From Ramazzottius varieornatus (taxonomy: Eukaryota; Animalia; Tardigrada), in assembly GCA_001949185.1 (NCBI GenBank), contig BDGG01000003.1, positions 4,957,092-5,021,091 of the forward strand: 64,000 bases of DNA. The letters are read 5' to 3'. The stretch's first letter is position 1. Every line of letters starts with the position of its first letter. This document shows, piece by piece, positions 49,747 to 62,500 of the stretch. A program made the translations under genes and the position numbers. The notes under the pieces were generated by a model. The model did not search any database, was not told where the DNA came from, and saw nothing but the letters and a program-made list of their open reading frames with translations.

Positions 49747-51448
49747 TTTGGGGTATGCCAAATTGGTAATAACTGAGGGGAAAAAAGACGAACAGAGATG
49801 AGACTGGAAAGTGGCCCGTCACACCCACTATTCTTCTGGAAAGCTCACGAGTTTTCTCGGCGAACGACACTCACTCGAAGGTTGCTGCGTCCTCGCGGAA
49901 CCGATTGCCAAGAAAAGATACATCCGTGGTCTTTATCCGCCACGATAATCTACACAAACCATGACACTAACGTGTTACGACTGACCAGAAACGGATAGAA
50001 AGGAAGAAGGTCAATTTTGTCTGCTGAAGTTTCTAGCGAACCGGCGCCAGTCAAGGATCAACCAGAAGGTGGCGCTGTAGTCGACTGAGAGGCCGCACTG
50101 AAAGCCACCTTTCGGCGTTTCCCGAAAAGGAGTGCCTCAGAGCATTTGCTTTACCTCGCATTTCTTTCAGGGATAGACTGAAACCTTCCTGTTATCGACA
50201 AAATGTATAGTAAGTATATTTTGGAAGATTTTCGAGCTTAGCTTGATTGCGGAATATGGACTGATGGGACTTGATCCTTGTTACGTTTCTGCGCGAGTTC
50301 ATTCGTCATCTATTGCTCATAACTTTCGATGAGACGGAAAAATTAGAATACTTTACTTGTCTTACCCATTTCTCTCCGAACGATATCATAGTTTATTCTA
50401 TGGTTTTACCATCACGCAAATTATAAAGCGGTCTCCGTGAACTACTCACTCGTCTAACCGGTTAATCTTCTCACTTCAAAGTAGCAAATTACAAGAAGCA
50501 GCGCAGCACATAGGAAACAGACCCGTGCCGTGATCTGCATCGATCGGGACATGTACTGTACTGTTCTGCTGAGTTCAGGGGGTAGTAAAAACTGCCAGCA
50601 TGAGTTTGGTGGTCAGCGGAGAGGAACGAGCCGACGACATGGTGCCTTTAAAACCAGCCCTTGTCCACCTGTTGCTTACCGACATCAAACGCGCCGCTCT
50701 CTCCGCACATACTAAATTTTCATAAAAGTTAAATATGTTTACGACTCTGCCCCGATAAGGCCTATAAATGTCGGCACACCGACAAGCGTCACAACCCCAC
50801 TAAGCTGCGCCATAAAAGGCCCCTTTACTCCGCTCTGCGCCATAACATGGAAGTAGTCTGGGTCAAACCACTTGATAACTTATTCCCACTAAAATATCGG
50901 TAAAACCGGTTTCTTCATTCCGAAACAACATCTTCCAAGAACAGAGGTCGTTAAGCTGAACGGATGACTGCTCTCATACCTGCATACAACGACCCGCACA
51001 GTCCTTGTGGTGTCCAAGTATGCAGGTGCTTGCCGAACTGTATTTGGCTTCTCAGAGAATTTCGTGCGCGATACGGCAGCAGAATTTATGGTAAATCGTG
51101 TGCTGCTAAGCAGTGAACAGCACCGGTACAAAATAAAAAAGAATTTGCGTCAATGGAAACAAAAAAGACAGATAAATTAAATTCAAGAAAAGGGTAAAAT
51201 TACAAAATAATCAGTGTTAAATTGGGGTATTATCTGCACAGCGAGATTGACACTGGTCAGGGACAAGAAACAAAGAGGCTGTGCGGTATATCTCAAACAG
51301 AGAAGCATAAAATCCATCAAGTAGGTACTTGAGCCTTGAGTTTTAAAACAAGAAACAAAAGAAAAGAGGAAAATTCTATGGAAGCCGTTCTGGGCTCAGT
51401 TGAGCACATAAAGGCAAGAAGAGGAGAAACTACACAAGTAAACGTCCC

Positions 51449-53457
51449 TCAAATCAACGTCAATTTAGGCTGAGCGTAATGACTGCGCTCCATGCCGACA
51501 TGAGTTTCTGGCGCCGTCCGTGTTTGCTCATGGTGAGGGTGAATTCGCGAAAGATCCGGGTAGCGGCATGACTGGAGCGGGTGGTACTGCTTGCGTCGCT
51601 CCGACTCCGCTGATCGTACCGTTCTGCAAATGATCCATGAAATTAGAATCGGTTCACAGAAAGCAGATTGTAGGCGAAAGCATCTATTACGCATGAACCG
51701 GGCGTTGAAAAATTCAGCAGCTCTCCGTATTTCAATTTCCAACCCGTTTGAGAGGCAACCGAGCAAAATCCGCGAACTCATCATATACGTGCATACAACC
51801 CCTCAGCCGCTTAGTGTGAATCTCGTGTATGCAGGTTGATGACGAACCGGCGCAGTTAAATTTCAGCCTGTCTAACTCAGTTGGCCTTTTCTTCCACAGT
51901 TTATGACACTATACAATGTTACAAAACTTGATTTGTGTGAGAAGGACCTGAAGAGTACGTAAAGAAACTTACATGTCTCTGAGGTCTTTTCTCGAAGGTT
52001 TGATGGCCACGTTGTTTCTTTCGTGGTTCTGCGCTACGAGACGGACGAGTTCTTGCTGCTGGCTAGACTTCGTTTTCCGACAAACGGGATCGATGGAAAG
52101 GAGGCAGTCTTCGTGGAGTTGTCTTGCAGCTAGGTTTCTTCGCGTAGGTACACTGTAAATCTTCTCTTCTTTGACGTGACTATGCCGATTCTCACCGTAG
52201 ACCGGACCTTCCTGGTTGCCCACTCGAATCTTGGTGAGCCTCACTTCCAGTTTGTAGCCTTCTTGCTGAGCGAGAGGTTGAGCCATTACATGGCACAAAT
52301 CTTCCGTGATCCTCTTGCCCATGTTCCGAACATCCTGCAACGCAAAACCCAAAACTGTAATTATTGCACACCCACATTCATTTTGGGAAAGTTGAAGAGC
52401 CAGTTTGATAACATGCTTCTTCGTGTGGAATTCAATCACCAAATGAAGGCCGAAATATTTGAAATTCCATGCTAAAAGGCACCGCAATTGCTGGTGGCAC
52501 TCGCACAATACTCAGCGTAATCTTTTGTCGACTATCTCCAATTGGAACCAAACTGGAGTGATTTCCAACAATGGCCATTATCAACTCTTAACTCTATGCG
52601 CCATTGTTGATTTTCCATTCTGAGTTAATTTCGAATCCATCCCGTCGCACAACAACCCAAGAGGCATGGTCTACACTGCGCAACAGCCATGTGCGCGTAC
52701 TAAACATGTGTACATACGGGATATCAACCAGGTGACGTCATTAAAAGTGCGCACTACAAGCGACGTTACAGCCAGTCAGAAATTTGCAAACAGGAAAGTA
52801 TTTTTCATCTGAAATTTCAGATGACTGAATTCACCTTTTCAGCTATTCGACCCGTTCGTTCTTGTCCGATTAAATTCCAACACCAGCTGTGTTCCTCATT
52901 GACGGGCTGCATGGCGGACGAAAATTGATGGTTCTGGCGGGGAATTCTTGGACCTTTAGGAGGGTAGACTGGCTTGGAAGACTGTCCACTTTGCCTCAGT
53001 TCCGGTCGAACAACAGGTGCTGTTGGAAGGCCCACAGTCGACTTTTCCGAAGGTAAACACAAACTTTGGTGCCTTTGGACCGGCAAGCGGTTTCTTTGGC
53101 CTTTCCCCTTATCTACTGTTGGGTTAGCGGGTGGAAAAGAGCTCTTCATCTGCAAAGATAAGGCTGGTTTGACAGACGGCTTCTTCTTTGGACCCTCCAC
53201 GAGATCGCTAGGTCGCGTTCTGCTTAGAATAAATTCGTCCGTGGCATCGTCTGTAGGTGAGTCTCTGCGCTGAGCAGAGGGCGGGAGGACGGAGCAAATA
53301 CTGACGGGAGAGGGGAGACGTGGAGCATTTAACTGTGGGAAACTGGGAGCAGATTCCAGCTGGCTGAGTCGCTTCCCCACGGAAGGATTGGAGTGGACAG
53401 AGGACACCGAAGATTCTCCATCCGATGTGGGCGATAAGGGGCGATAGCTCTTGCAAT
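51449..53457 (-). CDS. Pro/Ser-rich protein of unknown function; 5' end not resolved
   Basis: Three phase-consistent exons (about 52834-53457, 51973-52334, 51449-51624), ending ...QPKLTLI*. Confidence 0.55.
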
Positions 53458-55484
53458 CTGAAAGCAGAAAATTGTGATCAGTAAAATCCGGAAGTCAAGC
53501 AAAATACGAAGAAACAAACTTGACAGTCTTGACTCGAGCCAGAAAAAGGTGAAACTGTGAAAACTGAACAAAAAGCGAGCCATTCTGAGGGACCGAAGCC
53601 TGGTTCTCTGTCTCACAAACCACTTGGACTACCTTTCCATTAGCGAATCTGATGACGTAACGAAATGGTAATGCAGTTTTGTAGCGGTGAGCTATGCGGT
53701 CAAGTCTAAGACCTCATTCAAATTGCCGCCTTTCAAAGTTCCGGACGAAAAATCGAATCAACTTTCGAGAAGATTAAAAGACAAATTCCTGTTTTCAAAT
53801 ATCTGGATGAAAGGCCGACTTACGTTTACTCGAATTGTTTCCCATCGTGAAGAAGTTATCCCTGCTGCAAAGCTGCGTATATTTCCCCGATATCCATGCG
53901 CAAAATGCATTGTTTGGGAGAGGCATCGGTAGATTGTGCTGGGAAAGTCAACGAAGTTAATCCCTCGTGGTAGATAAATCCGCTATAAAATATTTCATTT
54001 CGTGTGTAGGAATAATGTGCCTTCACCACATGAGCACGAGTTGAGAATATTCCGCTGGACGACTGCAAAGCAGGAGAATTTCTACAAGAGCCGAAGGAAA
54101 TTTCGAAATGCTGTCTGGGCCGAACGATGAATGCCAGAGTCTGTATGGTGGGCTGCGGTCAGCAACCGGCATGCATGCAGGACGGCGAAGCGGAATAGTA
54201 GTGAAATGAATCCGTCATGCTTTCGGATTTTATCGCTCGGAATACATGTACGCTTGAAAGGCACACAGTCATACAAAGCGGTGCTGCCTTTGAAGATAAG
54301 GTAGATTAGGGCGTAGGGGAACCGAGACAAGGGGAGCTATCGTTGACCAGCCTCGCCTCCTTCGAGTAATTTTCAGGGTTGACAGAGGCCGTTTCTTCAT
54401 ACAGGGCTCCGTAGTGGTTGCTCATTGGTCAGTCTGGGCTATGGAGGTTAATGGGTGGAGCCTCCCATTCTTTCGGACCGTCTCTATCCGTATGAGTCAC
54501 TTCAGGGTGCGCTGCGATAAACGGTCAAATTGACGGAAGAAATAGCAAAAAGCTAATTATAAAATATGGAAAATGTTGGTTTTTACTACTTTAAAATGTG
54601 TGCGATTCAAAGAACGCATAGGATGGTGAGATCAGTTTTTTGGATTTTCTCCAATGCAGAAAAGGATTTTATCCGGTCAGGTTCCTGTTGGAGCTTTGTC
54701 GGCATTGTTATCAGGGTGTCGCGGGTTATAAAAGTGGCACTGGCTCATCAATAATTGGCCACCACAGTAAAAGGTCCATCGCCATGTCAATCATGGGGTT
54801 GTAAATTTGGAAATGAGGCTTTATGAGTTGCCAGTCTCCTGCCGCAGTTATGGCTGCCCAACAATAACCAACAAAAGAGCGGCACATTGAAGGCCTTTGA
54901 TGTCTTACCGCATGGATCAAATCAGTGTGCTTCACAAATTCTCCCTCTGAATGTCCATATCGGACATCCGTCGAGAAGCGAGACAAGAAAATCTCTAATA
55001 CAAGCCTATTTTTTATGGAACGAACGAACGAATATTCTTTTGAGTTTCATTTTGGAAGAATCACGGAGAAAAAGCGAGCAGGAAGAAGCACGATTTGACC
55101 GTAAGGACGCACTCAGAACGACTTGTCAAGTTTGAATTTCGGATTTCCAGCGGTGAAGGGATTTCTCCAAAGGCGGAAGTCCCATCAGAAATCTGCGAGA
55201 CCTTCTAACCTGCCTCATACTGTGTATTGCTTTCTTCTCAGCGGTTTCCAGAATTATTAAATTAGCTGAGAAGTATTCTGCGGGAGGTAGAGCGTTGATT
55301 TACTTGACCATGGACGTCAGGACGCCGTAGCGCCAGCTGAATGGGGCCATTTGTCCGATGGATTTCCTTCGCGGGTCATTTTCCCCCCATCTTCCCTTCA
55401 CACAAATTATTCCATAAATGCCATGGAAGCTATGACAGATTGGTCATTAAGAGCCTTACGATGGCTCATTGGCCATTCCTGCCG

Positions 55485-55510
55485 GCCATTAAGGCCGGCC
55501 ATTAAGGCCA
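55485..55510. repeat. 13-bp tandem repeat with degenerate flanking copies
   Basis: GGCCATTAAGGCC twice in tandem, with GGCCATTCCTGCC and GGTCATTAAGAGCC upstream. Confidence 0.7.
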
Positions 55511-55846
55511 GCCATCCTGAAATTTATCCAGTTTATCCGGAGGTCTAAATTGCAAGCGCCAGAGAAATATGACAGTGCTATCTCCCTCATAAAACTCGAA
55601 GGAGAGAAAAGACAAAAGAAACAGAACATTCTGAAAATCAGGTGATGAAGGGTATATAAGAGAAAAGTTAATGCTGCTAAGCTGTTTGATTAGAGACAAG
55701 ACCGACAAGCACGCATCTCAAGAGGGGCTTGTCAGGAAACAGGGGAAGAGGTATTGTGTGCTGTTGCATAAAGCCAGCTAACAACTATTGACACTGTGGA
55801 AATAAGAAAATCTAACACTTGTCGACTTGTTCTCCTTCTCTTTCCT

Positions 55847-58800
55847 TCACTTCATCAAAGCATTGACCACAGCCTTGGTATTTAAATTCTTCAAATCGGT
55901 GTACGTTTGACCGGTACCCACAAAGACGATCGGCTGACCGGTGGTATAAGCCATCGAAACTGCCGCGCCCACCTGGGAAAAAAATTGATCGATCTTCCTT
56001 GGTCGGTTCCCATCGCTATCTGTTCATCAGAATGCTAAACGGTTTGACCATTTGAAAAAAATGATGAACCAGCAGAAACGATAGAGGAGGTCAGCAAGCA
56101 AAATATGCCAATCTGTCAAGTACCTACATACAAAGACCCCAAAACCCTTTATAATGGCATCATGTATGCAGGTGCGTGCAAGTTTGGCGGATTTCCAAAA
56201 ATGACAGGCAGGAACAAACCTTATCATCGATGGTGTCAAATTTCGTCAAGACGATGCCGTCAATGATTCTTGGGTTCTCCGCTTGTGAGAAGTCCGCCAA
56301 AGCTTGATTAAACTTGACGACCTGGTCGACGGCTTCGTTGCCGACAAGGGCTTCGCCGACGAAGAGCACCATATCCGGCTGGTTCACTTTGATAAGCTAC
56401 GACAACACAGAAAAAAGGGGTGAGCAGACACCAATAATCAAATGTCAACAGTCACAACCGCCAAAACCTTAATCACAACCATCACATGGGTAACACCACA
56501 AGCTGGTGCAGTACCAGTTGACACCGCCTGCAATCACGTCTACTACGTCCTTACTTACTTTTGCCAAGGCACGCATCAGCGGCTCGTTATCTTGCATCCG
56601 ACCAGCGGTGTCCACCAACACAACGTCAAACTTGTTATCGCGGGCTAGAACAAAGTCCGAAAGTCAGGTTGAAAGTCACAAAAAGAATGTGACCGAATAC
56701 TGTATGGGAGCTCGGCAAGCAAACTCAACCAGATTGTCATCCTAAATGGCGCACGCTTACGGGGTTACTGACTGAAATCGTGCGCCACTAGGAAAACAAT
56801 GTCTAATTCTCCCAAGTGGCGCACTATTTTAGTGTTATAAGCTGGAAGCATGCGTCACTTGGAGAAACGACGATCTTGTCGAGTCTGATTGTTTTCCTTA
56901 AGCAGCGCCCGTTTTCAGTGACATTGGCTGGAAGCGTGCGCCCCCTGAGAAATCGATTAGCCGGGCTTTTGCGATGTCATGTCCTGGCTTACCATACTGA
57001 ATGGCTTCCATTGCGATACCAGCTGCGTCCTTTCCGTAGCCCTTCTCGTACAAGAACACCTTGGGTATGTCGGGGTTCTCTCCTGGATACATGTTGTTCA
57101 ATCGGGTTCGATGCGTTCGCAGCTGCTCAACAGCCCCAGCGCGGAATGTATCGCAAGCGGCAATGAGTACTCGCAAATCATTCTCCAAGAACCAAAATGC
57201 GATCTATAAAACAAAACTGTCACAAACCTGCGCTCTCAATTCCGACGTGAATTGACGTTTAGTACGTACCTTAGCCAAGTTAGTGGACTTTCCAACGCCG
57301 TTCACACCACAAAAAGTGACGACGAACGGCTGACGGTTCTTCTTCGAAGCCAGAGCGTCGCGAAGAACATTCACTGGTTTCTTCGGGGTTAGGATTTTCG
57401 TCAACGCATCTTCCAACGCATTTCGAACGACGGAGTTCACACCTAAAACGGAAACCCTGATAAAAATCCAGTTTGGAGATCCAACGAAACAGGAGAGATT
57501 ATTTCGTACCTTCGAAAGTTCCCAGAGCTTTGCCTTCAAGCTTCTCCGCGACGGACACGCACAGTTTATCCGCAATTTCAGCCGCTACGTTCTTCTCGAT
57601 GAGTAAGACGCGCATCTTGTCAACGATAAGACCCAGCTGGTCCTTTGTGATGGTCCGAGTGCCCACGAGGCCCTTGAAGATGTTGAACATGCCACCGAAG
57701 CCTCGCTTGCTGGTCGCAGCGGTACCATTAGCAGGCTTCTGCGAAGTCTTATCCTCTTCTTCGACCTCAGAGTCGTCATCCTCCCCGTACTCGTTCTCAT
57801 CACCTTCGTCCATATCGGGCAGCTCACCCCTGAGACGACCCACCAAGTCCATCTGGATAAAGAACACAGCTGAAGACCAGCAGAAGTACTCATTCGGGCA
57901 AGGTTTAAAAGCAAGCGACATCTGGGAGCTCGGCAAACAAACTCAACCACATCCCTTTCCCCAGTGACGCGCGTTCTGAATGATGTTAACTGGAAGCATG
58001 CGCCACTTGGAAAATCAATCTGGTCGATGTTGCTGCCGACCTCCCCTTTTCTAATATATGCACAGGCTTTTTATTCACTCGGGTTTGAGTGTCTCACCTC
58101 TCCATCGGTGGCTCCATTGACTGGCACCATCGGACCAGCGCCGTCCTTCTTACTGAAGTCCAGGCTGCGAGCGTCCTTGTAGGTGCCACCTTGTTCCCAC
58201 TGGCGACTTTGCTTGGTCTTCTTCTCGTTCTTCGGCTTCCTGCAAAGGAACAACTTTCGTTATCAGAAGGCCAACTCCCAGAAAAGCAAACGATAAATTC
58301 CAGGACGGCCGAACAGAGTAATGCCTTACGCTTTTGGACTGGTCGGACCATTTGCACGTTTTCCAAACAGCTTTTCCCGATTCTTCTGGATCTCATCGTC
58401 GCTTTTCGCTCCCACCGCCTTGGGTGAATCTGTAAGCGTAAACTATAGAAGTCATGGTTGAGGTATCAAATGAGGTCTACCGCTTGGAGAGAAAACTTGA
58501 TATCGATACATTTTTTATTGATTCGTTGTAGTACCTTCAGGTGTTAATTCGGAAGCTTCGATCGTCTTCGCATCGTTCGATTTCGTATCAGCTTTACTTG
58601 CTTTGCCCTTGTCTTTCCTGTCAGCACCACCCTTCTTTTCCACTAGGGACGCCACTGTTTTCTGAGACTTCTGTGATTCCTGGAATGTCTTCATGGCCTT
58701 AGGCCCTTCCGCGCGCGTTTGCTCCTCCACCTGACGCAGCACTTCCTTGTAACACTCTTCGAATCTTTTATACTCTCCATAGTTTCCGGCTTGTAGTTCG

Positions 58801-59336
58801 TTTTTGAATTCATCCCGGAAACGCAGCTGTATTTCTGTTAGAAACTTGTCGACGTAATTCAGCTGCAGAAACTTCTGGTAACCAACCTGAAGTAAAAGAA
58901 GAAGTCTGAACCAACGAACAGCACAGCGAATCAATGGACGGAATTTTCGCTTACCACAAAAACCAGATCGAACTCGTTATCCAGTTTATACTGTAACTGC
59001 AAGTTCTTGTCCTGGAACATCTGCTTTCCTCCTTTCTCCTGCGAAATAGAACAACAGAATATCGAAAGGAGTCAAGTAGCAGAAAAAAATATCAAAGTAG
59101 AAGTTCACGTCGAAGTGACGCAAGTCGTCATTAAAGCCAACTGATAAAGCCTCGGATCGCATCATACTATGATTCATGTAACTGACGTCACGCGGGTGTG
59201 AGTGGAAACTAACATTTACCTCCAGCAGGACGCTGCGGATCAGCTCGTTGACGGTCGACAGGAACATGCCATTGGTACTTTGGAAGTAGAACAGAACGAT
59301 GCCTCCTTTGGAGAAAATGGTAAAAAAGTCTAGCAT
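55847..59336 (-). CDS. SRPRA: Signal recognition particle receptor alpha
   Basis: [18 protein letters not shown] domain; [13 protein letters not shown]; [14 protein letters not shown]; DTAGRMQDN; TKFDTIDDK; GTGQTYTDL. Confidence 0.97.
56706..56970. repeat. Palindromic MITE-like element, three-unit array
   Basis: GGGAGCTCGGCAAGCAAACTC start; three units in an SRPRA intron. Confidence 0.8.
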
Positions 59337-60333
59337 TTTGGGGAACTCTAAAAGGATAAAACTTGAAAATCTGAAGAGTAAACGGGCAAATTTCTGGCAG
59401 ACAGACGACGAACAGTTGGGCTTCGCGGGGGATGTCTCTGTGCTTGGTGAAGCTGCGGAGGCGTTTGAAACCGGAATATCAGGACTGAAACTCGAAGGGG
59501 ATGCTGAGAAGACCGTGGCAACAGGTAGGTACTGCGAGGATAATTCGAACAATGGACGAAGAACTCTTCGAGAATCAAGATAAGAAAACTTGACAACTGG
59601 ACAATTCCGAGCAAAACAATGAGTCATCTCTGGAATTCCACTTCGCCCCGTGGTGTCTCTACACATCCGGCCCAGTGGAAACAATCCGAAACATCGCTGT
59701 AACACTGGTGTTCTAGTTCCACTTCCACACAATTGAGTGTAATCAGCTGCCTTTTGATCTTAATTGATTCGCGTCATATGTGGGCCACAATATAGAGATT
59801 AAGTTGCCACTCCCGTTCACTTTGTAACTGTAGCTACGGCCTTGCTCCCCCCTTTCGTTACGTGTAACTACATTTTGCTTTCTTATTTTCGAGAAATAGC
59901 GTAATCGGAGTTACGGTTGGCTAGCATTGGGAAGCATGGTGGCTGCCCAACTATTCAAAGTTCTGATCAGCTGCTGCGCTTATGAGTGACGTTGCAACTC
60001 ATCTTAGCTACAGTGGGACTTTCTTCTGGCGATGGCAACTTAATGTCTGTAATGATGCATTGGCAGCCAGAACTCCAGAAGTTCAAAACCTATTGCAGTT
60101 TTGATTTCCTCCCGATTCCAGTATTGAGTATTCTTCCCGGCTCCCGGTTATCCCTGTACCTTCGTTGCATCCTTTCCAGAAGTGGGCTCAGTGTTACCCA
60201 CGCCAGATTGTTGAGAAGCATTTCCAAGTAAGACTCGTCACACAGTAAGAAGTGCTCGTGATTCGGGATCGTGCGGCATTCGTGCCTAATGTTACTTGTA
60301 CGGTTGTACCGGAAGTCCTCTTTCTTCCAGATC

Positions 60334-60600
60334 ATGTCTCAACAAGAGTTCGATACCGCTGCTGAAAACGTCAAGAAGCTAAAGACCCAGCCAGGAAACG
60401 ACGATCTTCTCATGTTGTACAGCCTGTACAAGCAGGCCACAGTTGGAGATGTCAACACCACTCGTCCCGGCATGCTGGCTCTGAAGGAGAAAGCCAAATG
60501 GGATGCCTGGGAGAAACAGAAAGGCACCTCCAAGGAAGATGCCCAGAAGAAATACGTCACCAAAGCCAATGAACTCATCGCCAGTATTGGAAGGCAGTAA
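60334..60600 (+). CDS. ACBP: Acyl-CoA-binding protein
   Basis: 88 aa; [14 protein letters not shown]...KAKWDAW. Confidence 0.96.
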   Translation: MSQQEFDTAAENVKKLKTQPGNDDLLMLYSLYKQATVGDVNTTRPGMLALKEKAKWDAWEKQKGTSKEDAQKKYVTKANELIASIGRQ

Positions 60601-61093
60601 ATGAATAGACACTGTACGTACTCGGATTTTTCCCTCCACCTCGAGCCTTGAGGCAATGTGTTTGAATTTCAAGATCCGGGGCTGTTTCCCTCTAACAGAC
60701 TGATATTAAAGATTCTCTTTCGTTTCGCGCGGCGGCTCGTTTCTTGGATTCCTTCGTATGCTTTGCAATCAATCAATAAATCGTAGTTAGCCTTATGTCG
60801 TGCGGATGGCAGGCCTTTACGCACTGTTGCAGTGGGAGCAGGTCTTGCGGCAGCAGTCGACATATGCAGGTTCCCTGGACACCGACGGCAGGATCGTCTA
60901 GCCAGGGAGGCCCAGCACCTTCGGGAGAACCAAGTGGCGGAGGAAAGTCGGAGACTCCGTCACGCTTTTCCGGGTGCTCTGTCCATGGATTTTCGAGCCG
61001 TGGATCCGCCGCCTTTCGAGGTATAATTCGTTTCCTGGTTGACTTTTTCAAAATCAGCCAGATCAAGTCATCGATAAAGTGCTTCCTTTGTAG

Positions 61094-62500
61094 GAACGGA
61101 GGAGGAAATAGAAATGGCGCCATTGAACCGGGACCACCAGAGAACTCCATCGGCTACCGGGTCAGCTTGATCTCCAACGCCAACATCCGCTACGAAAGAA
61201 CCCTGTCAGCCAGGAGTTCTTCCAGCTTTCTTCCGGGTATGATGGAGACCGCCAGATAGCTTCGTGGAAGGAAGAGCCTTCCTGATACGAGAAATCAATC
61301 AACGCTTCTTTCTGATTCGTATGTTCTTTGTTTGCAGTGCAATCCAATGGAACAGAGAATCGACGTCCAGGAGCCGTCATTCCTCCCCAAGATATGGTCT
61401 ACGAGCACATTATCTTCCGTGGAGCGGACATCGAGGATCCCGTCGTCTACGAACTTGCGGTTGTCTCGGTCCTCTACAGCTCCGTCGATAGTGATCCTGC
61501 TGTTCTCCAGGTTTGTCCGGCCTTCGCTTCCTGGTTTGCAGATCGCCGCTCTGGCTGGACAAAATGAAGCGAGTAACAGTGGACCTTCACAAGGTGACTA
61601 TTCGTCTCTTTGGTGCCTTTGCCTGGTTTTTTGACGAAGCGGAAGTCATGACTTTATTTTTCTTTTTCAGGAAGTGGTTCACAGAACTTGAACGACGAGC
61701 CAGTCTCCGTCCAGAATCTGATGAACAGCCAGCAAAGCGGCCACCCGCGTGGAAGTGGACAGCAGCGCTGCTTCAACGGTGGAAATCGTGGCGGAAACAG
61801 CAACGGTAGCAGCATTGTCTACTTGTCTGGAGGAGGAAACGGGAATCGGGGCTACAACCACGGTGGATACACTGATGGACAAGGATATCGACAAGGTAAG
61901 AACTCCCGGTTCAATTTGCACTTCGTTCTTCGATATTATTGTTTAGAAGCTGAAAAGTTCATTTGCCTCTTAGATTTCGTTTTTTGCCTTCAGTTTGTGC
62001 TTTTCGTTTGTCACTGCATTCGTTTGCCTGGCTACGACCTCGATCAGTTCTTCGACAACATCAGCTGTGATGCCATCGAGGAGGAACATCAAAAGTCAAA
62101 ACAAGCAACGTGAACAGTAAGCCACCTTTTCCATTTGCAGTATTTTCCAGCATTCTGCCAAAAGTTTCTAGCTTGATGCGAAGTTGTTTGAGACGTAGGC
62201 AAGTGATTTCACTCAGACTGTTATCTCAAGTGGCGCATATATTCACTGTCACTATCTACGAGCGTGCGCCACTTGTAAACGGTCCGGGCGAAGTCATTTC
62301 CGTCTTGTCTTTCTCCGGAATATGAATGGGAATGTTTTCTGATGTTTGGTTCTTCTTTTACAGAATGAACCGTATGGGGATTAACAACCAGTGGCAGGAT
62401 CTTGGGCAAAACGAGCGTCAGCACAACGCAGAACCGTTCGGCATGAACCGTGGAGGCCGTGGTAAACGTGGTATGGGTCGCCAGCAGCAGAATCAAGGTG
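61094..62500 (+). pseudogene. Degenerate LSM14/RAP55/Trailer-hitch-like gene
   Basis: Lsm domain IGYRVSLISNANIRYE...GTENR...YEHIIFRGADIED; DPAVLQ; Gly/Asn-rich region; FFD box FFDNISCD; TFG-like ERQHNAEPFG; RGG tail. No FDF box found and no clean start. Confidence 0.6.

Noticed and set aside
55485-55510. Tandem SfiI-type sites suggesting cloning adaptor contamination
   Set aside because: Degenerate copies of the same 13-mer flank it, which fits a native minisatellite; no vector sequence is adjacent.
58986-59732. 248-aa ORF
   Set aside because: Read-through of the SRPRA 5' UTR, exon 1 and intron; only 59220-59336 is coding.
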